Positions 20,310-31,648 of a stretch of DNA of 64,000 nucleotides are shown here, piece after piece (position 1 is the first letter of the stretch; each line of letters begins with the position of its first letter). Where the stretch lies: NCBI GenBank assembly GCA_965197475.1, contig CBDANF010000003.1, forward strand, positions 2,880,001 to 2,944,000, in the 5' to 3' direction. The notes beneath the pieces were generated by a model that was given only the letters and a program-made list of their open reading frames with translations, was not told the DNA's origin and searched no databases. Origin of the DNA: Candidatus Poribacteria bacterium (GTDB lineage: Bacteria > Poribacteria > WGA-4E > WGA-3G). A program made the translations under genes and the position numbers.

Positions 20310-21135
20310 GGTATTGGTTAAATAATGATGCAAGAATTAGCGGGATACCCTCTGAACCGCGCTGCATCATATTTCAGTTGTGGTAATGATAACACTTATA
20401 ACGAGAGTTGTCAATGAAAAAATCAGACTGATTTTCATTGACTTATATGCCTAAAACCTGTATCCTCATTGAAAACAACTCATTTCTACTCACAGGAGGA
20501 TACCATGAAAGCGTGTCCAAGATGTCAACATATTCACTTCGTCAAAAACGGGTTCGTCAACGCAAAACAACGCTATAAATGTCCAAGTTGCCACTATCAA
20601 TTCACACGCAAAACACCACGAGGTAAACCCCAGACACATAAAACCCTCGCTCTGCTCTTGGACTGCCACGGTATTTCAATGAATGCTATCTCAAAACTCT
20701 TCAACATTCATGTAACAACTGTTCTCAAATGGGGACGCTCCTATGCGAAAAAACACGCCCCGAAACGGACATTTTCACCCGGATCCACCGTAGTTTTGGA
20801 GCTTGATGAAATGTGGCATTATAACTGACGCATCGCCTCAAAGCCTTGAATGTCAAAATGTCCTACACCGACAAGTGGCAGGTGGACGAATCCATCCTAC
20901 CTGCTTCAAAACATGTTCAAACGAAGGCGGAGACACATCGCATTGAACGCAACAATTGCTTGATGCGGCACTGGTTCGGCCGGTTCAAACGTCCGTCCAT
21001 TATTGTTTCAAAAAGTGTGGAGATGGTGAACCTAACGATTGCCTTGTTCGCACGATTTCGTGTTAATGGAGACGTGTTTGACATTTTAAAACTTGGCGGA
21101 ATGAAAACCATGAATATCATTAGTTAGGCAATACC
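20310..21135 (+). mobile_element. IS1-family element with internally deleted transposase
   Basis: IRs GGTATTGGTTAAATAATGAT / GGTATTGCCTAACTAATGAT (17/20). InsA zinc ribbon CPRC..KNG..QRYKCPSC, ELDEMWHY, then YTDKW..ETHRIERNN..RHWFGRF. Confidence 0.85.
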
Positions 21136-21240
21136 CTCCTGAAATTTATTTATAAAGAGTATCAACTTTTTCACAAGAGAAACGTGAAATCTTGTTGTAA
21201 GGTTTACATATTGGAGATTTCGGATGGTTTGTCAAAATAT

Positions 21241-22131
21241 TTACTTGCGTCGGGAAAGATATGCCGACAATGCATGGTCAAACGGAGTAGCAGTATCCAT
21301 CTGCACATAGTCAATCTGACTCGCACCACACCCGCGACGGTAATTCTGAATAAACTGATTCAGATTTTCAAGGTATGCGGTTTTAAGTGAGTCGGCTTGC
21401 GTAGAAAGTGTCTGTCCCGTCTCCATATCTCGAAAAACAACTGACCCTTTATATGGGAAGGTGAGTTCAGCTTGGTCAAGTAGGTGAAAAACGATTACCT
21501 CATGTTTTTGGTGGCGGAGATGTTTCAGGGCAGATATAACATGTGAAGGTTCATCAAGCAGGTCTGAGATTACAATAACTAAACCGCGTCGGACAATCCG
21601 TTTCGCGAGTTCGTGGAAGAGGCCGCTCAACTCAGTTTCCTGTCCTGGCGTAGCATTTTCAAGAGCGGACATAATCGCACGCAGATGTGTTGCTGCCCCT
21701 CTCGGTGGAATGTATTCAGTAATGTCTGTGTCAAAAAGTGCCAACCCAACTGAATCACGCTGCTTCAGCATCAGATAAGTAAGCGTTGCAGTGAGATAAC
21801 ACCCGTATTCAAATTTCGTCAATGTATCATCTTTGTACTTGTAGTTCATTGATGCACTGGTATCAAGCAGGATATATGCGCGTAGGTTTGTCTCTTCTTC
21901 AAACTTTTTGACATAATACCGATCAGATTTACCGTAAACTTTCCAATCAATATATCGGATTTCATCGCCGGGCATATATTGACGGTGTTCAGCGAATTCA
22001 ACGCTAAATCCCTGATATGGGCTTTTGTGTAACCCGGTAACAAACCCCTCAACGACAAGTCGGGCAACGAGTTCCATGCCGCCGATACGAGAAAGTGCTA
22101 CTGGATCAAGATATTTGTGAGATGTTTGCAT
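21241..22131 (-). CDS. DUF58 (MoxR-associated vWA-like) protein
   Basis: GLHKSPYQGFSVEFAEHRQYMPGDEIRYIDWK, LLDTSASM, ISDL. Confidence 0.92.
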   Translation of the reverse strand: MQTSHKYLDPVALSRIGGMELVARLVVEGFVTGLHKSPYQGFSVEFAEHRQYMPGDEIRYIDWKVYGKSDRYYVKKFEEETNLRAYILLDTSASMNYKYKDDTLTKFEYGCYLTATLTYLMLKQRDSVGLALFDTDITEYIPPRGAATHLRAIMSALENATPGQETELSGLFHELAKRIVRRGLVIVISDLLDEPSHVISALKHLRHQKHEVIVFHLLDQAELTFPYKGSVVFRDMETGQTLSTQADSLKTAYLENLNQFIQNYRRGCGASQIDYVQMDTATPFDHALSAYLSRRK

Positions 22132-22555
22132 AGTGTTCCTTAGCTATTTTCGGTTGCAGTCTGATCAGGTCAATCATGTGTTCAGTTGTTAATTCAAATG
22201 TTAGATCCATGTTAATCATTTCCTAATCTCGCTTCTTCATTATAACAAAGATCTTTCTAAACATCAACCAAAAAGTAATGAATTCCTCAGATAATGCACC
22301 TCAATTCTAACTTTTTACATAATTTTCACACCCGATAACAAACCGATTTAGCTTCAAAAAAGGGTTTCTAAAAGAAAAGAAATGTGTTAATTGCAGGCAA
22401 AAGAATGCAACGATGAGCAAATTATATCGTTTTATATTTGTTGAAAACAGATTGAACCCTCACGGATTTTTTCTGCATACACTATACCTTAGTCCATTTC
22501 CATGGGCATGTAATCATTCACAGTGTTCTTAATTTTAAGTAAGGAGTAAATTACG

Positions 22556-22924
22556 ATGGGAAATCCTGTCACGTATTTTGAAATAGCCGGTAAAAACGGT
22601 GAAGAGTTAAATGATTTTTACAGTTCCGTATTTGGTTGGAAAACAGAACAAAGCCCTAGCGGTGAGTACGGGATTGACCCGCAGTCAAATGTGGGAATAC
22701 CCGGGCATATATTTCCTGTAACTGAGGACATGGGTTTTTCAAACCACGTCACAGTTTATGTTGAGGTAGTCGATCTTCAAACCTATCTTGATAAGGCAGA
22801 AGATCTTGGTGGTAAGACCCTTATCCCACCTCAGGATATTCCTGGGAACATGGGTTCATTTGCATGGTTCGTTGATCCAAGTGGTAACTGCATCGGATTA
22901 TACCGGCATCCGAATTCAAATTAA
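22556..22924 (+). CDS. VOC family protein, array copy 1
   Basis: NPVTYFEIAG, FYSSVFGW, GGK, FVDPSGNCIGL. Confidence 0.9.
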   Translation: MGNPVTYFEIAGKNGEELNDFYSSVFGWKTEQSPSGEYGIDPQSNVGIPGHIFPVTEDMGFSNHVTVYVEVVDLQTYLDKAEDLGGKTLIPPQDIPGNMGSFAWFVDPSGNCIGLYRHPNSN

Positions 22925-23049
22925 TCATCTTCTCGCTCTTCCTCTGGAACGAAATTTAGTAAAGACATTAACTTACAAGAAACGGGTGATGAACACATCT
23001 TCCCCGCTGTATGTTTGCGATTATAGAAATTAGAATAGGAAAAATTAAA

Positions 23050-23406
23050 ATGGCAAATCCTGTCACGATGTTTGAAATAGCAGGCAAAAAAGAGACCTCG
23101 TTATGTGACTTTTATGGTTCTTTGTTTGGTTGGGACATCAATCAGGACGAAGATTGTGGTAATACTGTAGATACAGATTCGGATCAAGGCATCAACGGAC
23201 ACATTGTGCAGACAACCGAAGGAATGCCTATTACAAACCATGTAACGATTTATATTCAGGTAGATGATATCAATGCTTCTGCTAAGCAAGTAGAAAGTCA
23301 TGGTGGAAAGATACTTATGGGACCCGCCCCTGTTCCCGAAGGCGAGGGATTCTTCGCTATGTTCACTGACCCGAGCGGTAACTTCCTCGGTCTGTTTCAA
23401 TCTTAA
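23050..23406 (+). CDS. VOC family protein, array copy 2
   Basis: NPVTMFEIAG...FTDPSGNFLGL. Confidence 0.9.
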   Translation: MANPVTMFEIAGKKETSLCDFYGSLFGWDINQDEDCGNTVDTDSDQGINGHIVQTTEGMPITNHVTIYIQVDDINASAKQVESHGGKILMGPAPVPEGEGFFAMFTDPSGNFLGLFQS

Positions 23407-23538
23407 GCGGTGATTGTTAGTCGCAGCTTTTTCTGATTGGTTGTCAACGGAAGATGCGACTCCCACTTAAGAGGTTGTAAAACAAGCATCACCGTGCCTC
23501 CGATGTGATTATGACATATTTATGAAGAAGAAATACCG

Positions 23539-23901
23539 ATGGGCAGTTCTGTTTTACATTTCGAAATTGCGGGAAAAGATGTCGAAAAGTTAATTGACTT
23601 TTACAGCACTGTGTTGGAATGGAAAATATCTCCGCTAACAGATGAATTATTCATTGCAGATCCGGCATCAAACAGAGGTATAGAAGGACATCTATTTGAG
23701 ACAACTGAAGAAATGGATTTTACAAACCTCCTCATCATCTATGTTCAAGTTGATGATATCTGGGGTTGTCTGAAGAAAGTGGAAACACTTGGGGGTAAAA
23801 TGCTAACACGACCTCAAGAAATTCCGGGAAATGCAAGTCACTATGCTCTGTTCCGTGATCCGAGTGGTAACGGCATCGGTTTGTTGCAAAAAAGGCTATA
23901 A
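23539..23901 (+). CDS. VOC family protein, array copy 3
   Basis: SVLHFEIAG...FRDPSGNGIGL. Confidence 0.9.
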   Translation: MGSSVLHFEIAGKDVEKLIDFYSTVLEWKISPLTDELFIADPASNRGIEGHLFETTEEMDFTNLLIIYVQVDDIWGCLKKVETLGGKMLTRPQEIPGNASHYALFRDPSGNGIGLLQKRL

Positions 23902-23944
23902 TAGTGGTAAATCTATTCTTAACCGGAGTAAGGAGTAAATCTCA

Positions 23945-24328
23945 ATGCCAAATCCAGTGACGAAATTTGAAATAGCAGGTGAGAAAAGTAAAGCCTTAGG
24001 TGATTTTTATCGTTCCGTTTTCGATTGGAAGTCGACAGAATATGCTGCAGGCTATTACGGCTTTGAGACAAGTTCTGAATCTGAAAACGGGATTGAAGGC
24101 CATATATACCCGCCAAACGATGAAATACCTTTAGTAGACAATGTTCCTTTCGCAAACAATGTTACCATCTATGTAACAGTGGAAGATATTCATTCTACGG
24201 TTGAGAAACTTGAGGGTATTGGCGGAAGGATTCTCATGCCTCCCACAGTTGTATCCGATAAAGGTGAGTTATTGGCTATGTTCCTTGACCCAAGCGGAAA
24301 CCGTATCGGTTTGTATCAACCTAAATAA
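23945..24328 (+). CDS. VOC family protein, array copy 4
   Basis: NPVTKFEIAG...FLDPSGNRIGL. Confidence 0.9.
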   Translation: MPNPVTKFEIAGEKSKALGDFYRSVFDWKSTEYAAGYYGFETSSESENGIEGHIYPPNDEIPLVDNVPFANNVTIYVTVEDIHSTVEKLEGIGGRILMPPTVVSDKGELLAMFLDPSGNRIGLYQPK

Positions 24329-24347
24329 TCAAAAAGGAGTAATGTCA

Positions 24348-24737
24348 ATGGGAAATCCAGTGATGTTTTTTGAAATAGTGGGTAAAAACGCTGAGAAATT
24401 ACGCGAGTTTTACAGCACTCTATTTGATTGGACAATTTTACCATTTGGTTGGAAAATACCCCATTTTCCTAACGATATTTATGGCGTTGATCCGACACCT
24501 CCGCCATTGCCTGACAACGGAATAAAGGGGCATATTTTTCCGCTATCCGATGAAATGGATTTCTCTAATCGTGTTACAATTTTTATACAGGTTGATGATC
24601 TTGAGGAGACATTCAAAAAAATTGAAAATCATGGCGGAAAAACGCTTGTATCGCCGCAGGTGCTGCCTGAAAACATGGGATCAATCGCGATGTTCGTTGA
24701 CCCAAGCAGAAATGTCGTAGGTTTGTACCAGTTATAG
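24348..24737 (+). CDS. VOC family protein, array copy 5
   Basis: NPVMFFEIVG...FVDPSRNVVGL. Confidence 0.9.
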   Translation: MGNPVMFFEIVGKNAEKLREFYSTLFDWTILPFGWKIPHFPNDIYGVDPTPPPLPDNGIKGHIFPLSDEMDFSNRVTIFIQVDDLEETFKKIENHGGKTLVSPQVLPENMGSIAMFVDPSRNVVGLYQL

Positions 24738-24780
24738 ATGATATATTAACAAAACTTGTGTATGATTTTAAGTAAGTAGA

Positions 24781-24809
24781 TGTAGGTTGGGTAAAGCGAA
24801 ACCCGACAC
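24781..24809. repeat. GTAG-type REP-like element
   Basis: tGTAGGTTGGGTaaagcgaaACCCGAC. Confidence 0.5.
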
Positions 24810-24898
24810 TTAACTGCTATAGGTTAAACAAAATCGGTAGTGAATCAATTTCACACCGATACAAATTAGAATTTTTAAATTATTAAGGAGTAATACCA

Positions 24899-25255
24899 AT
24901 GGGTAATCCAGTCATGTGGTTTGAAATTGCAGGCAAAAATGGTGAGGAATTATCTGAGTTCTACCGTTCACTTTTTGGGTGGGAAATTTCACCAGAGACA
25001 AACGGTGTTCATTTGTGTGATCCGTCTCCGGATCAAGGAATAAAAGGGCATATTTTCCCAACAACTGATGAGATGCCATATACAAACCACGTAACCGTTT
25101 ATATTTCTGTGGACGATCTTCAAGCTGCAGTTGCGAAGGTAGAAAGTAATGGTGGGAAAATTATAATTCCGCCACAAGAAATTCCAGATTTTGGTGGATC
25201 ATTTGCGATGTTTCTTGATCCGAGCGGCAATGTTGTCGGGTTACACAAGCAATAG
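24899..25255 (+). CDS. VOC family protein, array copy 6
   Basis: NPVMWFEIAG...FLDPSGNVVGL. Confidence 0.9.
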   Translation: MGNPVMWFEIAGKNGEELSEFYRSLFGWEISPETNGVHLCDPSPDQGIKGHIFPTTDEMPYTNHVTVYISVDDLQAAVAKVESNGGKIIIPPQEIPDFGGSFAMFLDPSGNVVGLHKQ

Positions 25256-25288
25256 TAATATGGTGTCAAATTGGTCCCGTTAAATGCA

Positions 25289-25315
25289 GTAGGCGCGGTT
25301 TTAAACCGCGCCTGC
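25289..25315. repeat. GTAG REP-like palindrome / possible bidirectional terminator between convergent genes
   Basis: GTAGGCGCGGTTTtAAACCGCGCCTGC. Confidence 0.6.
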
Positions 25316-25329
25316 TAAGATTGAGACAC

Positions 25330-28300
25330 TCATGTAAGCAAAGGCTTTAGCCATCGCCTTGCTGTTTCCATATCCATTCCAGTGCGTTCAGCATAATCAA
25401 CAACCTGATCTTCTCCTATTCTGGCAATGCTGAAATACCGCGTATCCGGATGTGAAAAATACCACCCGCTAACAGATGCTGCAGGAAACATCGCAAGACT
25501 CTCAGTAAGAGAAATACCCGTATTTTCAGTTGCCTGTAGCAGTTTGAACAAAACCCGTTTTTGATTATGGTCGGGACAGGCAGGGTACCCGGGGGCAGGA
25601 CGTATCCCACGATATTTTTCTGTAATCAATGCTTCATTGTCTAACTTTTCATCATTAGCGTAACTCCAAAGTGTCGTGCGGACATGCCAATGCATACATT
25701 CAGTAAAAGCTTCAGCTAAGCGGTCTGCTAATGCTTTCGCCATAATGCTGTTGTAATCGTCAAGTTTCTTCTCAAATTCGGCGCAGAGTTCGGGGACACC
25801 GATGCCTGTTGTAACAGCAAAAGCACCGATATAGTCAGGAAGGGATGTCGCCTTCGGTGCGATGAAATCCCCAAGACTGAGGTTCGGTCTGGAAAAAGGT
25901 TGTTCTGTCTGTTGACGTAGATGGTGCAGCGTGCCTATCACCTCTTTTCTCGCTTCGTCAGCATATATTTCCGTATCATCACCGACACCGTTCGCAGGGA
26001 ATATTCCCACAACAGCTCGCGCACAAAACTTTTTCTGTTCAACGATTTTCTTGAGCAGAGTTTTACCATCCTCAAATAGTTCCCGCGCCCATGCGCCCCT
26101 TTCTGGATTTTCCAATATATTCGGATATTTTCCTATCATTTCCCATGTCGTAAAAAAGGGTGTCCAATCAATATAATCAACAAGTTTTGTCAAAGGAAAG
26201 TCATCAAAGACTTTAATGCCTGTCATGTGTGGTTTGGGAGGTAGATAATTTTTCCAGTCAGGAGTGAATTTGCGCTGTTGTGCGACAGAGAACGGCAGTA
26301 AGTTGGTTTGTTGGCGATTTTTTGCGCGGCGTTCACGGATTTTTGCATATTCTTCGCGTGTCTGCTCCACAAACATTTGTTGGTTTTCACTGTTCATCAG
26401 ATTACTGACGACACCAACGCTGCGGGAAGCGTCCTTGACGTGAATCGTTGGACCACTATAGGCTTGTTCGATCTGAACTGCGGTATGCACCTTTGAGGTA
26501 GTCGCACCACCGATGAGCAGTGGTAGGCAGAAACCCTCACGTTCCATCTCTTCAGCGACGTGCACCATTTCATCTAATGATGGCGTGATAAGTCCACTCA
26601 ATCCGATTATATCTGCGTTTTCTCTGCGCGACGTTTCCAATATATCTTCTGCTGGCACCATCACACCAAGATCAACAACATCGTAATTGTTGCAGCCAAG
26701 CACAACACCAACGATATTTTTACCGATATCATGAACGTCTCCTTTTACTGTCGCCATCACAATCTTTCCTCTGGATTGAATAGCACCTGCTGCCTGCTCC
26801 CTTTCAATATACGGAATCAGATGCGCAACAGCCCTTTTCATCACCTGCGCGCTTTTTATAACTTGCGGCAGGAACATCTTACCATCACCAAAAAGTTCAC
26901 CGACACGGTCCATCCCATCCATTAAAGGGCCTTCAATTACCTGTATGGGACGTTCATACATAAGACGCGCTTCTTCCGTATCAGCTTCAATGTGTTCAAT
27001 AATTCCTTCCACGAGCGCATGGCTGAGTCGTTTTTCTACAGGTAATTTCCGCCATTCCTTGTTTACGCGCCTTTTCTTTTTTCTGCTTTGCAGTGTACTC
27101 GCGAGGTTAACGAGCTGATCCGTTGCGTCTTCTCGACGATTAAATAGGACATCTTCTACCGCTTCTAAAACCGGTTTCGGCAGGTCGTCATATACAGCGA
27201 GTTGCCCAGCGTTGACAATTCCCATGTCCATGCCAGCATTGATCGTATGATATAGAAATGCGGCGTGCATTGCCTCACGCACCGTGTCGTTGCCACGGAA
27301 GGCAAAAGAGATATTGCTAACACCCCCGCTGACCAGCGCATGCGGACAAGTCGCTTTAATCTCTCTGCAAGCATCTATAAAAGCAAGTGCATATTCGTTA
27401 TGTTCTGGAATACCTGTCGCTACAGCAAAGATATTCGGATCAAAGATAATATCCTCTGCCGGAAAGTTTACCGCTTCCGTCAGCAGTTTGTATGCCCGAC
27501 GACAAATCTCAACTTTTCGTTCAAAAGAGTCGGCTTGTCCCGCTTCGTCAAATGCCATCACGATAACAGCAGCACCGTATCGTCTGATAAGGCGTGCCTT
27601 TTCTAAAAAGTCATCCTCACCCTCTTTTAAACTAATTGAGTTGACAACTCCTTTACCTTGAACACATTCTAAACCCGCTTCAATCACGTCCCATTTGCTG
27701 GAATCCAGCATAATAGGCACTCGACTGATGTCTGGTTCAGCTGCGATGAGATTAAGGAACTTAACAATTGCGGTTTTCGCATCTAACATGCCAGCATCCA
27801 TATTAATATCAATGATCTGGGCACCGTTTTCTACCTGATCTCGTGCTACCTCTAAGGCGGTCTCATAGTCATCCTTTTTGATAAGGGTTGCAAAGCGTCG
27901 AGAACCTGTTACGTTTGTCCGTTCGCCTACGTTAACAAAGAGAGAATCGGGGGTGATGTTGAATGCCTCTAAGCCGCTCATTCGGCAAGCGTGTTCTTGA
28001 GGTTCAGGCTGCCTTGGAGGATATTCGGCTGCAACTTTCGCAATCGTTTCAATATGTTCTGGTTGGCTACCACAACAACCACCGACGATATTGACGAATC
28101 CGTTTTGTGCGAATTCGTGCATCCAATTTCCCATTTCATTTGGTGTCTGCGTATAATGACCGAATTCGTTTGGAAGTCCAGCGTTGGGATAGCATATAAC
28201 TGGGATATCCGCGAGTTTCGCCATTTCCGCTAAATAGGGGCGGATCTGTTGTGCGCCGAACCCACAGTTTAACCCGACGGCAAGTAGGTTGGCATGTCGG

Positions 28301-29004
28301 ACGGAGTTCCAGAAAGCCTCAACTGTTTGTCCAGAAAGGTTGCGCCCACCGCCGCCACTTCTGTCAGAGGAAACGATAAGGGGTATGTCAATGCCTCTCT
28401 TTTCAGAAAGTGATTGTATTGCAAAGAGTGCAGCTTTACAATTAAGGGTATCCATCACGGTTTCAACGAGCAGGAGATCAACGCCGCCATCAATTAAGCC
28501 TTCCGCCTGTGTGATATAGGCAGCTACCAATTGTGCAAATGTAATATTCCGGTATCCTGGGTCGTTTACGTTCGGTGAGATGGAGCAGCTGCGATTGGTA
28601 GGTCCCATACTTCCCGCTACAAAACGAGGTTTAGTAGCGGATGACCATTCGTCTGCAACCTCACGAGCGATTTGTGCTGCAGCATAATTTACCTGATACG
28701 CTTCATCTTGAAGTTGGTAGTCAGCCATTGACACAGATGTGCTGGTAAAAGTATTCGTTTCAATGATGTCTGAACCAACCCTACAGTAATTTGTATGTAT
28801 CTCACGCACAATATGCGGTTGAGTGATAGAGAGTAGGTCATTATATCCTTTCAGATCGCACGAATGATCGGCAAACTGGTCGCTTCGGAAACCTGCTTCC
28901 GTAAGACGATAGGTCTGCAATAGTGATCCCATTGCACCGTCAAGGATCAAAATACGTTGCTTTAGTTCATTTTTTAGATGTATTATTCGTTCAGATTCTG
29001 TCAT
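25330..29004 (-). CDS. metH: Cobalamin-dependent methionine synthase
   Basis: [43 protein letters not shown]. Confidence 0.97.
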   Translation of the reverse strand: MTESERIIHLKNELKQRILILDGAMGSLLQTYRLTEAGFRSDQFADHSCDLKGYNDLLSITQPHIVREIHTNYCRVGSDIIETNTFTSTSVSMADYQLQDEAYQVNYAAAQIAREVADEWSSATKPRFVAGSMGPTNRSCSISPNVNDPGYRNITFAQLVAAYITQAEGLIDGGVDLLLVETVMDTLNCKAALFAIQSLSEKRGIDIPLIVSSDRSGGGGRNLSGQTVEAFWNSVRHANLLAVGLNCGFGAQQIRPYLAEMAKLADIPVICYPNAGLPNEFGHYTQTPNEMGNWMHEFAQNGFVNIVGGCCGSQPEHIETIAKVAAEYPPRQPEPQEHACRMSGLEAFNITPDSLFVNVGERTNVTGSRRFATLIKKDDYETALEVARDQVENGAQIIDINMDAGMLDAKTAIVKFLNLIAAEPDISRVPIMLDSSKWDVIEAGLECVQGKGVVNSISLKEGEDDFLEKARLIRRYGAAVIVMAFDEAGQADSFERKVEICRRAYKLLTEAVNFPAEDIIFDPNIFAVATGIPEHNEYALAFIDACREIKATCPHALVSGGVSNISFAFRGNDTVREAMHAAFLYHTINAGMDMGIVNAGQLAVYDDLPKPVLEAVEDVLFNRREDATDQLVNLASTLQSRKKKRRVNKEWRKLPVEKRLSHALVEGIIEHIEADTEEARLMYERPIQVIEGPLMDGMDRVGELFGDGKMFLPQVIKSAQVMKRAVAHLIPYIEREQAAGAIQSRGKIVMATVKGDVHDIGKNIVGVVLGCNNYDVVDLGVMVPAEDILETSRRENADIIGLSGLITPSLDEMVHVAEEMEREGFCLPLLIGGATTSKVHTAVQIEQAYSGPTIHVKDASRSVGVVSNLMNSENQQMFVEQTREEYAKIRERRAKNRQQTNLLPFSVAQQRKFTPDWKNYLPPKPHMTGIKVFDDFPLTKLVDYIDWTPFFTTWEMIGKYPNILENPERGAWARELFEDGKTLLKKIVEQKKFCARAVVGIFPANGVGDDTEIYADEARKEVIGTLHHLRQQTEQPFSRPNLSLGDFIAPKATSLPDYIGAFAVTTGIGVPELCAEFEKKLDDYNSIMAKALADRLAEAFTECMHWHVRTTLWSYANDEKLDNEALITEKYRGIRPAPGYPACPDHNQKRVLFKLLQATENTGISLTESLAMFPAASVSGWYFSHPDTRYFSIARIGEDQVVDYAERTGMDMETARRWLKPLLT

Positions 29005-29166
29005 ACTTTTCTCTTATTTTTTAGATAGGTATGTGTCATTGACGCATCATGGCTTTTACCAATTTGCAATCTATATATTATACCACGAGCGATGCGGTTT
29101 GTCCATTCCATATTAATGGAATCAATGCTAAAAACATGAGTAACGCGAAATTAGGAGACAAAATTT

Positions 29167-29625
29167 GTGTCAAACACAAAAGTAGATTTTATACAGAAAC
29201 AAAATGTTGAGATGTCCCTTCATGCCCATAAATATGCTATCCATTTTGATATCCTGCCCGAAATTTCCTATCTCAATCAAGAGATACCTGTTATAATTGC
29301 CGACCTCTTACAACTTTTTCATGGATTTCCCGAAGACGTATGGATTTCACAACAATCGGTTGACGAAGGGTTGGATTTTTGTCGGGTGATCTTTTGGATT
29401 TTTTCTGAATCATCTGATGCCCTCAAAACGTTTAACATCTGGTTTCAGGCACTGTTTCGTGAGGCACAAGTCGCAGAAACTTTAGAACGTCTCGTCACTT
29501 GTGCGTTAGATGAGCCGGATACTGTAGAGGTAGATCTTACAGATTGGACACGGGTACATGCTTTAGGAGCAGACGTTGAGAAAGCAATTCAGACTGAATT
29601 AGAAAAAAATAACATTGACATGTAA
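29167..29625 (+). CDS. Hypothetical protein
   Basis: 152-aa ORF with AGGAG RBS, divergent from metH. Confidence 0.6.
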   Translation: MSNTKVDFIQKQNVEMSLHAHKYAIHFDILPEISYLNQEIPVIIADLLQLFHGFPEDVWISQQSVDEGLDFCRVIFWIFSESSDALKTFNIWFQALFREAQVAETLERLVTCALDEPDTVEVDLTDWTRVHALGADVEKAIQTELEKNNIDM

Positions 29626-29643
29626 AATTGACTATGCTATACT
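29615..29643 (+). promoter_or_regulatory. sigma70 promoter TTGACA-N17-TATACT with extended -10
   Basis: Upstream of lolA-pgsA-thpR-recA. Confidence 0.65.
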
Positions 29644-29688
29644 ATTTAACGAAAATAGATATTCCTTGTTAAGTTAAGGAGAAACGCC

Positions 29689-30438
29689 GTGAAACGCTTG
29701 TCTTGCAGTTTACTTCTACTGTGCTTGTGCCTAAGTTTTTCAAACATAGGGCATACTTATACAGTTAATGAAATCTTCCAGAATTTCAAAATGGCTTATG
29801 AGAAGTCCAAGAACTTCAGTGCAGAATTTGAGGAAACAACGTTATTTAAAACTAAAAAAAGTGTTACGCGCGGACGATTTACATTTGGCAAACCAAACCT
29901 ACTACGCAAGGAATATGTCGCACCTAAAGCCCCAAACAAAATCGTAAAAACCATCGTTTTAGACGGTGCTTACGCATGGTCTTACACCCCGATGCTCAAT
30001 CAAGTCAATAAAACGAAGTTGCAAAGCGCCCAGCGACGTGAGTTATTACCCGGAATTGGTGCCTCTCTGAAGGATGTAACAGAAAACTGGGATATGAAAC
30101 ACGTCCCGGATGAAGCAGCGAACGCAAAAGGTGTATACCAAATTCAGTTAACCCCAAAACCACATCTTCTAAATAGAAATGCAAAGCAAACCCCTGAAGA
30201 TGGAACTATCAAGGAAAAACCTAAAGATGGAGATGTCAAAGAGACAATTGAAATCTGGGTCAAAGAAGGTGAGTGGCTCCCCGTACAATTTGGTCATGCG
30301 ATTGAATATGAGGACGGTAGCCGCCGTAGCGTAATTGTAAAGTTATCTAAAATCGAACGAGATAAGAAATTACACCCGAAGGTTTTCAAGTTTGTTTATC
30401 CTGAAGATGCTGAGGTGATCGATCTTTCTGAGAATTAA
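29689..30438 (+). CDS. LolA-like outer-membrane lipoprotein carrier
   Basis: Signal peptide; FSAEFEE, GRFTFGKPNLLR, IVLDGAYAWSYTPMLNQV, FKFVYPEDAEVID. Confidence 0.8.
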   Translation: MKRLSCSLLLLCLCLSFSNIGHTYTVNEIFQNFKMAYEKSKNFSAEFEETTLFKTKKSVTRGRFTFGKPNLLRKEYVAPKAPNKIVKTIVLDGAYAWSYTPMLNQVNKTKLQSAQRRELLPGIGASLKDVTENWDMKHVPDEAANAKGVYQIQLTPKPHLLNRNAKQTPEDGTIKEKPKDGDVKETIEIWVKEGEWLPVQFGHAIEYEDGSRRSVIVKLSKIERDKKLHPKVFKFVYPEDAEVIDLSEN

Positions 30439-30444
30439 GCATTT

Positions 30445-31044
30445 ATGAACTTCCGTTATCTTTTTCGGTTGGCAAATCTCCTTACATTTTCACGATTATT
30501 GCTAACACTGCCTTTTATCTTCTTTTTTCACGCCAAAATGATGGTGCCTGCAGCAATCTGTTTTGGGTTGGCTGCCTTAACAGACCATTTTGATGGGAGA
30601 ATTGCACGCAAGCAAGGAATCACCGAATTTGGCAGCTTCATGGACTCGTTCGTAGATAAAATTTTGGTCGGTGCTGCTTTAATATGTTTCTATCTTTTTC
30701 AGCATGAATATTTAGGTAATGGGGCAGAATTGATTCCAAGATGGATGGTGTTAGTTATCATTGGGCGTGAAGTAGTCGTCACCGCATTTAGAATCCTATT
30801 TGTAGCGAAACATGGTGAGGTCATATCGGCGAATCAATGGGGAAAATACAAAACGACTTCTCAACTCATCGTGGTATTAATAAGTTTGGTTTTGCTAATC
30901 TTGTCAGTTACTTTTGAATATGTATCTGAATATGTCATTCAACGCCACGGACCCATTTACTTTATGATGTATCTACCTGTAGTGTTGACAGTTGCCTCCG
31001 GCTTAGAATTTCTGTACGGCAACCGAAAGGCGTTCTCGGTTTAG
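30445..31044 (+). CDS. pgsA: CDP-diacylglycerol--glycerol-3-phosphate 3-phosphatidyltransferase
   Basis: ANLLTFSR, TDHFDGRIARK..TEFGSFMDSFVDK, GKYKT. Confidence 0.85.
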   Translation: MNFRYLFRLANLLTFSRLLLTLPFIFFFHAKMMVPAAICFGLAALTDHFDGRIARKQGITEFGSFMDSFVDKILVGAALICFYLFQHEYLGNGAELIPRWMVLVIIGREVVVTAFRILFVAKHGEVISANQWGKYKTTSQLIVVLISLVLLILSVTFEYVSEYVIQRHGPIYFMMYLPVVLTVASGLEFLYGNRKAFSV

Positions 31045-31054
31045 GGTAATCATA

Positions 31055-31648
31055 ATGAAACCTGATTGTACTCGGTGTTTTGTTGCTATTGAGATACCAG
31101 AAAGTATTCAAACGAAATTAACAGAGATTCAGGAGGTATTTCGCTCAAGGATTGAGGGAGCATCGTGGACAAGACTTGGGAATTTTCACCTTACATTGAA
31201 GTTTCTTGGAGACGTTGAGTCCGACAGTATTCAGGAGATTGGCACAGTCTTGCAAAGAGGGGCGATGAGTCATAAGCCATTTTCTGTAGAAATTGGTGGG
31301 ATGGGAGCATTTCCAAATTTGGTTCGACCTCGTGTATTGTGGGTAGGTTTGAAACAGGGAGCAGCACAAACAACAATGTTGGCGCGTACGGTAAACGGTG
31401 AACTGGTAAAATTGGGGTATCCGAATGATACCCGGTTTCACCCGCATTTTACACTTGCACGGCTAAAAAACCAAGTAAACTTGAATTCTTTTATCAATTT
31501 ATTTAAGAAATTTGAAACTATTGAGGGGACATTGCTGACAGTTGATAAAATCACACTCGTCAAAAGTGAGTTGCACCCCAGCGGTGCAGTCTATACCCCG
31601 ATCAAAATTTATCAATTGGGCAGGGAGAAAGTCGAAAATGGCAAATGA
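31055..31648 (+). CDS. thpR: RNA 2',3'-cyclic phosphodiesterase (2H family)
   Basis: [37 protein letters not shown]. Confidence 0.9.
   Translation: MKPDCTRCFVAIEIPESIQTKLTEIQEVFRSRIEGASWTRLGNFHLTLKFLGDVESDSIQEIGTVLQRGAMSHKPFSVEIGGMGAFPNLVRPRVLWVGLKQGAAQTTMLARTVNGELVKLGYPNDTRFHPHFTLARLKNQVNLNSFINLFKKFETIEGTLLTVDKITLVKSELHPSGAVYTPIKIYQLGREKVENGK

Noticed and set aside
22925-24898. Integron attC sites or CRISPR-like repeats between the VOC genes
   Set aside because: Spacers differ in length (19-161 bp) and sequence, lack consistent RYYYAAC/GTTRRRY boxes, and no integrase is present
29005-29166. SAM or cobalamin riboswitch upstream of metH
   Set aside because: Short AT-rich leader without recognisable SAM-I or B12-box consensus
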